From an uncultured candidate division Zixibacteria bacterium (GTDB lineage Bacteria > Zixibacteria > MSB-5A5 > GN15 > FEB-12), in NCBI GenBank assembly GCA_963735035.1, contig CAVTJJ010000004.1, positions 512,001 to 576,000 of the forward strand: a stretch of 64,000 bases of DNA, in the 5' to 3' direction. A program made the translations under genes and the position numbers. The notes beneath the pieces were generated by a model. The model made no database searches. It saw only the letters and a program-made list of their open reading frames with translations, and was not told where the DNA came from. Of this stretch, positions 10,759-20,602 are shown in pieces; within the stretch, counting starts at the first letter, position 1, and each line of letters starts with the position of its first letter.

Positions 10759-10861
10759 GGGCAATTCGGTACATGTTGGGAATTTTCTTCCAGGTTGTGA
10801 AATCTGCGACGAGCTTTCAGCTTGACACCTGGTCGGGCCGTGCGCCTTCTTGATCCGGGAT

Positions 10862-13270
10862 ATGAAACTCCTCCAACTGACCATCCGCAATTTTCGGGTC
10901 ATCCGGAAAGCCGATTTGTTGTTCCCTGACCAGGTGATAGGGATCACGGGGCCGAATGGCGCCGGAAAGTCGAGTATTGTTGAGGCGGTCGCATGGGCAC
11001 TTTACGGGGCCAGGGCGGCCCGCTCCGGAAAAGAAGAGATTAAATCGACGTATGCGGCTACCGACGATGATTGTGCTGTCGGGCTGGAATTTGAGATCGG
11101 GCAGGAGCACTACCGTCTGGAGCGGCGTCTGGTCGGTCGGACCGAGCGAACCGAAGTGAGCCTGCATCGGAACGGCAGCCGGGAGTCGTCCGGGACCATC
11201 GAGACCGAGAAGCATGTCGCGCAACTACTGGGTCTGGACTGGCGCGGTTTTCAGACTTCGTTTCTGGCTCGTCAGCAGGAATTGAACGCCCTGGCCAGCC
11301 TGACTCCGGTCGATCGCCGGAACCAGTTGGCGGGAATGCTTGGAATCGACCGTTTGGACCGAGCCATTCAATCGGCCAAGGCCGACCGAAGCGCAGCCGA
11401 ACGCGGCGCCTCGGTCCTTCAGCAACAGATGGCCGTGGTGGACGACATTCGGGGGCGGCTGGCCCAGATCGGGGAGCACGTCGTTCTACTTGAAAATCAA
11501 CACGTTACACTTGAGGGAGCATGGCAGGAACTGGCGCGCCGCCTGGCCGAGACAGAAACTGAAAGCAAGGAGCATGAGGCTAAGTTGAAGGCATGCTCCC
11601 AGGCCCGGGTTCGACTCGATGCCGCCCGACTCGCGGAGCAGAACTTATCCCAACAATTGAAAGACCTGGATGCCAGGCAGAACCGACTCGAATTGGCCCG
11701 TAAAGAACTCGACAGCATCGAACCTCAATTGTCGTTGTTGGGCGGGTTCCAGACTGAACTGGAAGAGGTGAAAAAGCGGCGGGAGGCGGCTTCGAAATTC
11801 CAACAGTTGAGCGATCAGGCGACCGCATGGCGAAACGAACTGGAACAGGCCGAGCAGGCCTGGCGGAGCTGTACGGTCGAACGCGAGAAGCTCGAAAAGG
11901 ACAGGGCTGCGATTCCTGCTGACCTATCTGACCGGATCAAACAAACCGAGGCCCGGCTCGAAGAGTCCCGACGGTGCTGGACCGACTTGAAGGGCGAACT
12001 GGCGGCTGAAGAGAAATCGGTCGGGCAACTGAAAGAGCAACTGGAGTCGATCAAGCAGGTCGGGCCGGATGCTGTCTGCGAGCGGTGCCGACGCCCGTTT
12101 GGTGAGGACCTCCCCCGGATTCAAACACATCTGGCCGCCGAACTGACCGACGTAGAAGCAGGATGCGGGAGGATTCGAAACGATCTGGCACGATTACACG
12201 ACGAGGGGAAGTCGATCAAGAGCGACGCCGATCGACTGATAAAGCTGAATCAGGAATGGGTCGAGTTGGAACTGAAGGAACGGAATCTGCAGAGTCGTTT
12301 GGCCGATTTCGAAAGCCGGCGGGCTCGGTTGACCGTCCAAATGCAACAATTGTCGGAGCAGTTGCGATTGCTGGGAGCAGTCGATTTTGATCCGAATCGG
12401 CTGAAAGAACTCACCGATCAGGTGGCTCGCCTGGAGAGGTTGCGCAATCGGTCTCTTGAATTGAACGGAGAGCTGAAGGCGGCGCCGGAGTTGGAAGCGT
12501 CCAAAGCGACGCTGTCAGAACAACGGGAAAGGGCCGCAATAGAGATACAGGCATCAGAACGTGAGGTGCTATCGATCGGTTTCGATCAGGCAGCCCACGA
12601 CGTCGTAACTGCCCGGCTTGTATCCGAACAGGCGGCGGCCAATGAGGCTCGGGTGGCTCTTGGGGAGGCGGCCAAGGAGTTGGAATTTGCCCGACGTGAA
12701 ATTCGATTGAAAGAAGAAGAGCTAAAGCGTCTGGCGGAAATCGGCCGCCAACTCGAAATAGTCCGCACCGACCAGTTCTACGCCGAAAAGCTGGTCAACC
12801 TGTTTGGGGATTTTCGCAAGTTTACGATCAGCCGGATTCGACCGCGTCTATCGGAATTGTCCAGCCAGTTGATGGGGGAAATGAGCGGGGGCCGGTACAG
12901 CCTCGTTGAATTGGATGAAGACTACAATCTGCAGGTGATGGACGGTGGAGCGTATTTCGGGATCGAACGGTTTTCAGGCGGCGAAAAGGACCTGGCCTCG
13001 CTTTGCCTCCGCTTGTCAATTTCTCTGGCGCTGACCGAGTCGGCCGGGCTGGATCGTTCCTTCATTATACTAGACGAAGTTTTCGGGTCGCAGGATACGG
13101 GCCGGAGGGATCTGATTTTCGAGGCGCTGGCCAACCTGAAAAAGCGCTTCCCCCAGATGATCCTGATCACCCATCTGGAAGAACTCAAAAACAAAGTCGA
13201 GACGATTATCGAAGTCGTGCCCCTGGCGGGAGGGTGGTCAGAAGTGAGGGTGAATGGCGGCCTGGTCTAA
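10862..13270 (+). CDS. sbcC: SMC-family ATPase, SbcC/Rad50-like
   Basis: Walker A GPNGAGKSS, long coiled coil with a central CERC zinc hook, signature FSGGE, Walker B IILDE, H-loop LITH. Start chosen at MKLLQL. Confidence 0.88.
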   Translation: MKLLQLTIRNFRVIRKADLLFPDQVIGITGPNGAGKSSIVEAVAWALYGARAARSGKEEIKSTYAATDDDCAVGLEFEIGQEHYRLERRLVGRTERTEVSLHRNGSRESSGTIETEKHVAQLLGLDWRGFQTSFLARQQELNALASLTPVDRRNQLAGMLGIDRLDRAIQSAKADRSAAERGASVLQQQMAVVDDIRGRLAQIGEHVVLLENQHVTLEGAWQELARRLAETETESKEHEAKLKACSQARVRLDAARLAEQNLSQQLKDLDARQNRLELARKELDSIEPQLSLLGGFQTELEEVKKRREAASKFQQLSDQATAWRNELEQAEQAWRSCTVEREKLEKDRAAIPADLSDRIKQTEARLEESRRCWTDLKGELAAEEKSVGQLKEQLESIKQVGPDAVCERCRRPFGEDLPRIQTHLAAELTDVEAGCGRIRNDLARLHDEGKSIKSDADRLIKLNQEWVELELKERNLQSRLADFESRRARLTVQMQQLSEQLRLLGAVDFDPNRLKELTDQVARLERLRNRSLELNGELKAAPELEASKATLSEQRERAAIEIQASEREVLSIGFDQAAHDVVTARLVSEQAAANEARVALGEAAKELEFARREIRLKEEELKRLAEIGRQLEIVRTDQFYAEKLVNLFGDFRKFTISRIRPRLSELSSQLMGEMSGGRYSLVELDEDYNLQVMDGGAYFGIERFSGGEKDLASLCLRLSISLALTESAGLDRSFIILDEVFGSQDTGRRDLIFEALANLKKRFPQMILITHLEELKNKVETIIEVVPLAGGWSEVRVNGGLV

Positions 13271-13916
13271 GCGCGCGCGCAGGCGTGTTCTCGCGATCTC
13301 ACTGGTAATCGTGATCGCCCTGCTGATACTGGTTTTTCGGCTGGTCGAGGATATCGGTCCCGAGAAAGGTCCGGACGATCGGTTTGTGGTGGTCCGAGTG
13401 CTTGATGGCGACACGATGGAATTCCGGGGCGGCGACAAAGTGCGGCTGCTCGGAATCGATACACCTGAAAAAGGTGAGCCGCTGCACGACGAGGCCAGGG
13501 CGTTGCTCAGTCGTCTGGCGCTCAACCAGACCACGTCGCTGGAGTATTCCAGGCAGCGGCGGGATCGGTACGGGCGATTGCTGGGATATGTCTTTGTCGA
13601 TTCGGTATTCGTGAACAAGACGATTGTCGATAGTGGGTATGCCTATGTCTACCTGTTCGAAGACAACGAACTGAGCAGTGAACCGGTTCGGAAGCTGCTT
13701 GATGCCCAGCGGTCCGCTATCGAGCGTCACGCCGGGTTATGGTCGCTGCCGCGCACGCCGGAGGATCGATACATAAATTCCCAGGGTTCATTCAGACTAC
13801 ATCGGCCGGGATGTCGGTCGCTGGGCGATTTGAAACCGGGGAAGTATCAGGAATTTGCTACGCGGGAACAAGGGCTGTCGCAGGGATTGTCGCCCTGTCG
13901 CAATTGCAAACCGTGA
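13254..13916 (+). CDS. Membrane-anchored thermonuclease (SNase-like) with C-terminal Ada-type metal-binding domain
   Basis: N-terminal TM; VLDGDT...VRLLGIDTPE; RDRYGRLLGYV; C-terminal HRPGC...PCRNCKP. Confidence 0.88.
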   Translation: MAAWSKRARRRVLAISLVIVIALLILVFRLVEDIGPEKGPDDRFVVVRVLDGDTMEFRGGDKVRLLGIDTPEKGEPLHDEARALLSRLALNQTTSLEYSRQRRDRYGRLLGYVFVDSVFVNKTIVDSGYAYVYLFEDNELSSEPVRKLLDAQRSAIERHAGLWSLPRTPEDRYINSQGSFRLHRPGCRSLGDLKPGKYQEFATREQGLSQGLSPCRNCKP

Positions 13917-14184
13917 GGGGGGGCAGGTTGAACCCCCTGCGGATTCGACATCTGGTATGTAATCTATCTTGCCCCGCTTTAGGCGGGGCACCCAAGGGTT
14001 GTGCGCGGGTCCGTCTTCGAACCCGCCACGATTGCCTGTAAACCCACCCGCAAGCGGGGTGGGCCACCCAGAGAACACCGTGCGTGGTGGACGTCCTCGT
14101 CCACCACGTTTTGTTGGCGCACGAGGACCCCCGATCAAGTCGGGGGCAGGCTTTGCCGCTAACGGACCTACGAAGAATCAAGCC

Positions 14185-16818
14185 CTACTTCAGCAACATC
14201 ATCTTTCGTGTTTGAATCTCATCGCCTGCCCGCACGCGATAGAAATATATCCCCGACGCCACGGGTCGACCTGATGCGTCGGATCCATTCCACACTGCCG
14301 TATATTCACCGGCCGGCTGGTTCCGGTTCACGAGTGTTGCAACTCTTTGCCCCAGCAGATTGAATACCGAGACGTTGACATCGGCCCGTTTCGGAAGCGC
14401 ATACCTGATGGTAGTCGATGGATTGAACGGGTTGGGGTAGTTTTGAGCGACAAGGAACTCTGTCGGCAGAGTCGCAATGTCCTCGTCGTCCAAGTCGGTC
14501 GGTGTGTTTTCCCAAAGCAAGATGTCGCGAAGAACGGAGATTGAGTTGAGACGGTCGGTCCCTTGTCCTACGGCCATTTTGAATAGAACCTGCTGAGTGT
14601 CACCGGGACGGAATGTGAATGGTCCGAAAGAGGCCATCATGCGCCGGTCAGACGGGGTATTGTCGATCCAGCCGGTAGCAGTTACAGGGTCACCTGAGTT
14701 CACGAATCGTGTGGGTTGCCCCGTAGTAGGGTTGTAGTACGGTGCGCCGTCATTCTTCGCTTCTAAGCCCATCATGTATTGATACGATTGGACATACCAA
14801 TCCGGGTCAGTGCCATTTATGTACTTGTTGAATGAGTACATGCCAAGGTTCTTGTAATTTGGTAGCGGACGGCCATCAACCATGGCGGAGTCGGCGGAGT
14901 AGCCGGTGTACACGACCGGTCCTTCCAGTACCTTGAAACCAATCGCTGGCGGTACGCCCTGATATTGGGCATCATAATCGGTGGCGTTGTAGCAGAAGAA
15001 CAGGTTGTTCAGAGTATCACACCCGACCAGATCGTCGCCTGCCGAGCCGAGATCGGGATCGAGCCAGAGGCTTAGGAAGAAGTCGTTGAGGGTGCGGTTG
15101 CCCTTGTTAATCAACTTGTACCGCAGAAGAAGGGACACATCTTCCGCTGTCGTTGTGGGATCGGCGATCGGGTCCGGGGCTTTGAAGAAGAATGTATCGG
15201 CCGGTGTGAGAGAGTAGCCCTCACCGGGGATTATCAGGAACTCATCACCATCTTCAAAGACACAGTTGCTGCCTCGCCTGGCCCAGGTTGCCCAGTACAT
15301 AATCGGCATTTGGATGTCGTTCAGAGGATTCAGCTCGAACTCAGCGTTTGGCGTCTCGCTGTAGTCGGCCATATAGATCCATAACCATTCACGAGGTCCG
15401 TTGACGGCTGCATTTGTAGTGCCGAGTGCAGTAAGCGAGTCACTGTCCGGGGGCCAGTACTTACCGTCAACCGTACCGAGCTCAACGTTGTTCTCCAGGA
15501 ATCCAACCGTCAGCCGACGGGGTGGATCGACACTCATGTCCCAGGCCGAAAGAGGCACATTCTTCTCAAAAGCCTGGAAATCATACGAAGCGTCGGTGTT
15601 GAAGATGAACGGCGCAAATTCCTGCTTGGCTGGGGGGGTCTGACAACCGCGCATGTAGCGGTAGCCGTAGGACACGTTTGTATCCCCCGGATCAAAATTA
15701 CCCACCGAGTCAACCTTGGCCAGCTTTAGAAGCACTTCCGGTAAATCGAGATAGCTTATCGCCGCGGGCTCACCATTGAAGTACGCATACGGATCGGCCC
15801 AGCCCAGCGCTCCGTTGAATCCTTCAAATCCGTAATCTGCCTGCGCCCAGGTGAAGCGACGCGTGCCGCCGGGTATGGTCCAATCAGTAACTCCTATATG
15901 CCCTGAATCTGCAACAGCTACTTGCAGGCCGTCAACGGACGGTGAAGGAGCACCACCGGACCGATCTGACATGCCTGTCAATTTGGTCTCGCCCGTCGTC
16001 CTGTCAATCAGATCCCAAGTTCCCCCACTTGAAGAATCGGCCGTGAAGATCACCATGTAATCATGACCATTCAAGAGGGACGGCTGGTTAGCAAAGACTC
16101 GCACCGAGCCACCGCCGGACCCGACATGCTGAACTTCAATTGTCGGAGGCAAATCGATGATGGTGCCTTTGCTTGACCAGACGGTTTGCTGAACCTCGAT
16201 CCCCATCGGTGCGGTTGAGCCGGCGTCGCTCGTGTGCTCGGCGGGATCGGCGTCGTTGTAAACGGTCCACGTCATCTGGTCGCCTCTCATTTCGGGGGCG
16301 CCGTAGCCGTCAACCGGCGCGCCCTGGGTGACCGGCCAATCTTGATAGTCCTGATTCGGGTTATCGGCCAGGCTATCACTGTAGAGCTTGTAAACTCGGA
16401 ACTCAGGTCGGTCAGTCTGATAGGTACCGCCAGCCATCGGTCCCGGCACGTACTCGCTGCTATACTCAGCAATAGTAACCAGGGTGTCATTGGTCGCCGC
16501 GTCTACACCGCCCAGCCAGAGTCCTCCGGCATACAGTGGTGAGGTCGTATTTGCGCCGGACTGAATGTCAGCGACAGTAGTAAAGGGGAAGTACGTTCCA
16601 TAATCGTTCCCAAAGACGCCAGCCAGATCACGGCCGAAATTGCCGTGGTTGGTGACAAACATTAGAATCCGATTAGCGTTGATGAAGGTAGTGTTGTCAA
16701 TTGTCTGAGATGTTGGAGCGGAAACCTGACGTTTCTCCGGGGGGAGCGACAAGCTCTGTGATACAAGAGCGAGCGAGAAGAAGGCAGTAAGGAACCAATG
16801 CGTGAATTGGCGGTTCAT
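14185..16818 (-). CDS. Large secreted protein with C-terminal FlgD-Ig/T9SS type-A-like sorting domain
   Basis: Signal peptide MNRQFTHWFLTAFFSLALVS after an AGGAG RBS; C-terminal QNYPNPFNPSTTIRY...VFNLLGQRV...WNGSD...VASGIYFYR...KMMLLK. Confidence 0.85.
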   Translation of the reverse strand: MNRQFTHWFLTAFFSLALVSQSLSLPPEKRQVSAPTSQTIDNTTFINANRILMFVTNHGNFGRDLAGVFGNDYGTYFPFTTVADIQSGANTTSPLYAGGLWLGGVDAATNDTLVTIAEYSSEYVPGPMAGGTYQTDRPEFRVYKLYSDSLADNPNQDYQDWPVTQGAPVDGYGAPEMRGDQMTWTVYNDADPAEHTSDAGSTAPMGIEVQQTVWSSKGTIIDLPPTIEVQHVGSGGGSVRVFANQPSLLNGHDYMVIFTADSSSGGTWDLIDRTTGETKLTGMSDRSGGAPSPSVDGLQVAVADSGHIGVTDWTIPGGTRRFTWAQADYGFEGFNGALGWADPYAYFNGEPAAISYLDLPEVLLKLAKVDSVGNFDPGDTNVSYGYRYMRGCQTPPAKQEFAPFIFNTDASYDFQAFEKNVPLSAWDMSVDPPRRLTVGFLENNVELGTVDGKYWPPDSDSLTALGTTNAAVNGPREWLWIYMADYSETPNAEFELNPLNDIQMPIMYWATWARRGSNCVFEDGDEFLIIPGEGYSLTPADTFFFKAPDPIADPTTTAEDVSLLLRYKLINKGNRTLNDFFLSLWLDPDLGSAGDDLVGCDTLNNLFFCYNATDYDAQYQGVPPAIGFKVLEGPVVYTGYSADSAMVDGRPLPNYKNLGMYSFNKYINGTDPDWYVQSYQYMMGLEAKNDGAPYYNPTTGQPTRFVNSGDPVTATGWIDNTPSDRRMMASFGPFTFRPGDTQQVLFKMAVGQGTDRLNSISVLRDILLWENTPTDLDDEDIATLPTEFLVAQNYPNPFNPSTTIRYALPKRADVNVSVFNLLGQRVATLVNRNQPAGEYTAVWNGSDASGRPVASGIYFYRVRAGDEIQTRKMMLLK

Positions 16819-17001
16819 GGGCTTTGTCTCCTGAAAGCTATTAATGATACTTACTAGTAACAGTATAATTTGGAGGGTCCAATTGTACAAGACTGAAATG
16901 CACCCGGCGGTACATGGAATGCGGATATATTTACTCTTGATTTTGCTGAGTCCAATCGGTTCAATTGGCGGTAAGAGAGTTAGTTGCTTATGTTTCGAAC
17001 C

Positions 17002-17466
17002 ATGAAATCACACAGTCGGTTGATTCTCGCATTCAGTCTCATTCTTGCGATTGGCAGTTGCGGGAAGAAAGGGCTGATCGTCCAGGAAAAGCCGGTGATC
17101 GTAGAGAAGGGCCTGTTCGAAACGCTCTGGGTGGAGCCCAGAATCATCATCTCTGACTCACTGATAACGCTCATACGTTCCGACCGGATCGATTCGGCCG
17201 TGGTCAAACCGTCGGAGCGCGGTATTGAGCGTCCGTCGGCGGTCGAACTGAGAATCTACGAGCCGGTCTGCAAGGTTTCGGTCGATCTGGTCGACGCCAA
17301 CCTGAGGTTGATCCGCCCGTTGTTGTTGCAGGACCTCAAGGTCGGTTTCTATCATCTGACCCTCAACGCCGACCGATTTCGGGAACCGTCACTGCCACCG
17401 GGGCGATACTTCCTCCGAGCCGAATACTGCGGCCGTTCTGAGATCACCATGTTTACGCGGCCGTGA
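17002..17466 (+). CDS. Hypothetical lipoprotein
   Basis: MKSHSRLILAFSLILAIGS-C lipobox; C-terminal LPPGRYFLR Ig-like motif. Confidence 0.7.
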   Translation: MKSHSRLILAFSLILAIGSCGKKGLIVQEKPVIVEKGLFETLWVEPRIIISDSLITLIRSDRIDSAVVKPSERGIERPSAVELRIYEPVCKVSVDLVDANLRLIRPLLLQDLKVGFYHLTLNADRFREPSLPPGRYFLRAEYCGRSEITMFTRP

Positions 17467-17696
17467 TCTTTCACTTTGTCTTCCGGCAGACGAGGATCCG
17501 CCGCGGCGGACCGGGCACGGTAGACAACTGCCTCAGCCTGTCAACCTACCTCAGGATATCGCCTTCCAAGTTGTCCTATAATTGCGCAGGGGGAATCCTC
17601 CAATAGTCGCGCTACGCGCCGATATATGGGAGTGTCCCCATGGCCGACCCGGTCGGACTCTGGGTAGGTGAGAAAATACAAGCTGGGAGCGTAAAC

Positions 17697-19067
17697 ATGC
17701 CTAATATCCTGGTCGTCGAGGACAAGGACTCCATGCGCAATATGCTGCACGAGACCCTGACGGAAGAGGGATACCGGGTCGACTCCGCCATCAACGGCAA
17801 GCAGGCCATCGATCTTGTCAGCAACAAATCATACGATCTCGTGCTTACTGATCTGCGGATGCCCGAAGTCGACGGGTTGGCGCTTCTCAACAAAGTCAAG
17901 GAACTCGATGCCGATACGTCGGTGATAGTCATGACCGCCTACGGCACGATCGAGGATGCAGTCGCGGCCATGAAGCAGGGCGCCTATGATTTTCTTACCA
18001 AGCCGTTTGATACCGAGCATCTCTGCGTATTGGTCGGACGGGCGCTGGAGAACCGCCGACTCGTGGCGGAGAATACGCTCCTGCGGCAGGAACTTCTCTC
18101 CCAGCATGGGATCGAAAATATCATCGGGAAGAACGCCAAGATGATGGAGCTGGGGCAGTTGATCCACAAGGTAGCCAAGAGCGATGCCTCGGTACTACTG
18201 CAGGGAGAGTCTGGTACCGGTAAAGAATTGTTCGCGCGAGCGATTCATAATCTGTCGCTGCGCAAGGACGGACCGTACATCACGATCAACTGCGCCGCTA
18301 TTCCGGATGAACTTCTCGAGAACGAATTGTTCGGCTCCGAGAAGGGTGCATTCACCGGAGCGCATGCCCGCAAGATGGGCAAGTTCGAAATCGCCAACGG
18401 TGGCACGATATTCCTGGATGAAATCGGCGACATGGATATAGCCCTGCAGGCGAAACTCCTCAGAGTGCTGCAGCAGAAGAATTTCGAGCGCCTCGGCGGC
18501 AACAAGACCGTCGACGTTGACGTGCGCGTCATCGCGGCTACCAATATGGACCTGCCGGAACTGATCAGACTAAAGCGGTTCCGTGAAGACCTCTACTACC
18601 GTCTGTCAGTGTTTCCGCTGAGCATCCCGGCTTTGAGAGAACGGCCGGACGATATCCCGCTTCTGGCCGAGGCTTTTGTAGCCCAGTACAGCCGCGAAAT
18701 GCGCAAGCCGGAGAAATCGCTCGCCAAAGAAGCGATGGCGCTTCTGGAGAAATATCACTGGCCGGGCAATGTGCGCGAACTCGAGAACACGATCGAGCGG
18801 GCGGTGATTCTCGCCGAGGGGCGCAAGATCACGCCGGAACATCTGGCCATTCGCTTGCGACGGACCGACGAGATCCAGCTTCGGGACGGGGCCGGATTGA
18901 AAGAAATCGGCTCCAACGCCCAGATGCAGGCCGAGCGGGGGGCGATCATGCGGGTGCTCAAGGAAGTTCGCGGCAACAAACGCAAAGCGGCCCAGGTGCT
19001 TCGGATCGACTACACGACACTGTTCGACAAGATCAAGAAGTACGGCATAGAAAAAGACGGCGAGTAG
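17697..19067 (+). CDS. Sigma54-dependent response regulator (NtrC family: REC-AAA+-HTH)
   Basis: ILVVED, DLRMP, GESGTGKE, ELFGSEKGAFTGA, FLDEIGD, WPGNVRELEN, C-terminal Fis-like HTH. Confidence 0.95.
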   Translation: MPNILVVEDKDSMRNMLHETLTEEGYRVDSAINGKQAIDLVSNKSYDLVLTDLRMPEVDGLALLNKVKELDADTSVIVMTAYGTIEDAVAAMKQGAYDFLTKPFDTEHLCVLVGRALENRRLVAENTLLRQELLSQHGIENIIGKNAKMMELGQLIHKVAKSDASVLLQGESGTGKELFARAIHNLSLRKDGPYITINCAAIPDELLENELFGSEKGAFTGAHARKMGKFEIANGGTIFLDEIGDMDIALQAKLLRVLQQKNFERLGGNKTVDVDVRVIAATNMDLPELIRLKRFREDLYYRLSVFPLSIPALRERPDDIPLLAEAFVAQYSREMRKPEKSLAKEAMALLEKYHWPGNVRELENTIERAVILAEGRKITPEHLAIRLRRTDEIQLRDGAGLKEIGSNAQMQAERGAIMRVLKEVRGNKRKAAQVLRIDYTTLFDKIKKYGIEKDGE

Positions 19068-19178
19068 GGAACGTCCCCTCTGTCACCCTGAGGCCAAGTA
19101 GGTCGGGTTCACGAGAGCCACGCGAAGCGTGACGCGAGCAACCCGACACTGTTCTACACCTCCCAACGGGGGGTTTGT

Positions 19179-19678
19179 GCGATTTGAACAGACCATAACA
19201 TTCCGTCATGCCCGACTCGGTCGGGCACCCATGACCATTCGCAACCGCAAGAGATGCGCAGTTTCACGAGAGGGACTCTTTCTCGATCCTTGTCTTCGAA
19301 CTCCCCGCCCCCAGTCAATGTCATTGATGTGACCTCCGCGACGGACCATGGATTCCCGGCCAAGCCGGGAATGACGGCGAGTATGATTGATTCTACTCAT
19401 GGATGCCCCGGCTAAACCGGGGCAAGACAGAAATAGGATTCGCGCTTTTTCCCCCACCTGCAAGCAGGTGGGCCAACCGAGCGATTTGAGCTGACTGTAA
19501 CATTCCGTCATGCCCGACTCGGTCGGGCACCCATGACCACTCGCAACCGCATGAGATGCACAGATTCACGGGAGAGACTTCTTCTCGATCCTGTCCTCGA
19601 CCTCTCCGCCCCCAGTCAATGTCAGTGACGTAACCTTCGCGACGCTCCATAGATTCCCGGCCAAGCCGGGAATGACGG
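19179..19678. repeat. Two diverged ~200-bp CGTC-type REP-bounded elements
   Basis: Both run CGTCATGCCCGACTCGGTCGGGCACCCATGAC ... GATTCCCGGCCAAGCCGGGAATGACGG (~19179-19377 and ~19481-19678). Confidence 0.85.
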
Positions 19679-19739
19679 AGAAAGGGCGGGACGTGATATC
19701 GAACTCACCCGGCGAGCACCCTCCCCGCCCACAAATACA

Positions 19740-19784
19740 TTGACAGCGGCAACTCCAGGCCCCTAATATCGTTATATGTACATA
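19740..19784 (+). promoter_or_regulatory. arsR promoter (-35 TTGACA) with putative ArsR operator ATATCGTTATATGTACATA
   Basis: TTGACA at 19740-19745. The AT-rich motif at 19766-19784 recurs with 17/19 identity at 20154-20172. Confidence 0.55.
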
Positions 19785-19826
19785 AGCGACAACGTAGTCG
19801 ATTAGCCACGGCGCGACGGAATCCGT

Positions 19827-20126
19827 ATGGACGAGCGAATCTACAGCAAGTATTTCAAGGCCTTCGGCGAGCCCACCCGTCTGCGCATTCTTGGGTTTCT
19901 GACCGGCAAGGCCATGACTGTTAACGACATAGCTGATAAAGTCGGGCTGTCGCAATCGACCGTCAGCCGTCACCTGGCGGTGCTTCGCGACGCCGGTATT
20001 CTGACCGACCGTCGCGACGGCCAGCAGGTGTATTACAGCCTGAATAAAGACACGGTGGAGGAATGCTGCTCAGGGTTTTGTGACTGTTTGAAGATAATAA
20101 CGCGCCCGAGGAGCAAGAAAAAGTGA
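19827..20126 (+). CDS. ArsR/SmtB-family transcriptional repressor with C-terminal CCxxxCxC
   Basis: FKAFGEPTRLRIL, SQSTVSRHLAVLRDAG, R.GQQVYYSL; tail ECCSGFCDC. Confidence 0.93.
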   Translation: MDERIYSKYFKAFGEPTRLRILGFLTGKAMTVNDIADKVGLSQSTVSRHLAVLRDAGILTDRRDGQQVYYSLNKDTVEECCSGFCDCLKIITRPRSKKK

Positions 20127-20149
20127 GCCGGGGGGTATTTTTTTGTGGA

Positions 20150-20182
20150 ACATATATCGATATATGTGCATATATGCATATA
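20150..20182. promoter_or_regulatory. Palindromic putative ArsR operator
   Basis: Perfect palindrome ACATATATCGATATATGT overlapping TGCATATATGCA; matches the upstream copy at 19766. Confidence 0.6.
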
Positions 20183-20321
20183 GGCAATGGAATGATGCCG
20201 GACGAAAGAACACCGGCTGAATATATATGACCGGACAACCCCGGTGGCCCACTCGCTTGCGGGTGGGATGAAGCAAAGTGAAAGAATAACATCGCGACTG
20301 GCTTAGAAAGGAGCCCCAACT

Positions 20322-20372
20322 ATGCGTTACAGAATTCCGCGCGTGGCTCATTGCTGCAGCGGCAGTATGTGA
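20322..20372 (+). CDS. Putative 16-aa micropeptide MRYRIPRVAHCCSGSM
   Basis: AAAGGAG at 20307-20313, 8 nt before ATG; lies between the operator and the terminator hairpin. Confidence 0.4.
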   Translation: MRYRIPRVAHCCSGSM

Positions 20373-20419
20373 GCGTCCCGGGCACGACGTTAAACGGCCT
20401 CTTGATGTAACGTTTTTTG

Positions 20420-20460
20420 CCCCTCTGCCGAACCCGCTATCGGCGGAGGGGTCTTTGTTT
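20420..20460 (+). terminator. Intrinsic terminator-like hairpin
   Basis: CCCCTCTGCCGA...TCGGCGGAGGGG followed by TCTTTGTTT. Confidence 0.6.
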
Positions 20461-20602
20461 GGTGGCGCTTTCTGTTCTTGTAGGTCGGCGTTTCAGAGGT
20501 TCGAGCGTAGCGAGAGACGATGAAACCCGACATCTGTCTGTCTCCAGCGAACCCACAGCAAGCTGTGGGGTACCGGAATAAGATGGCCACCCGCTCTATA
20601 GT

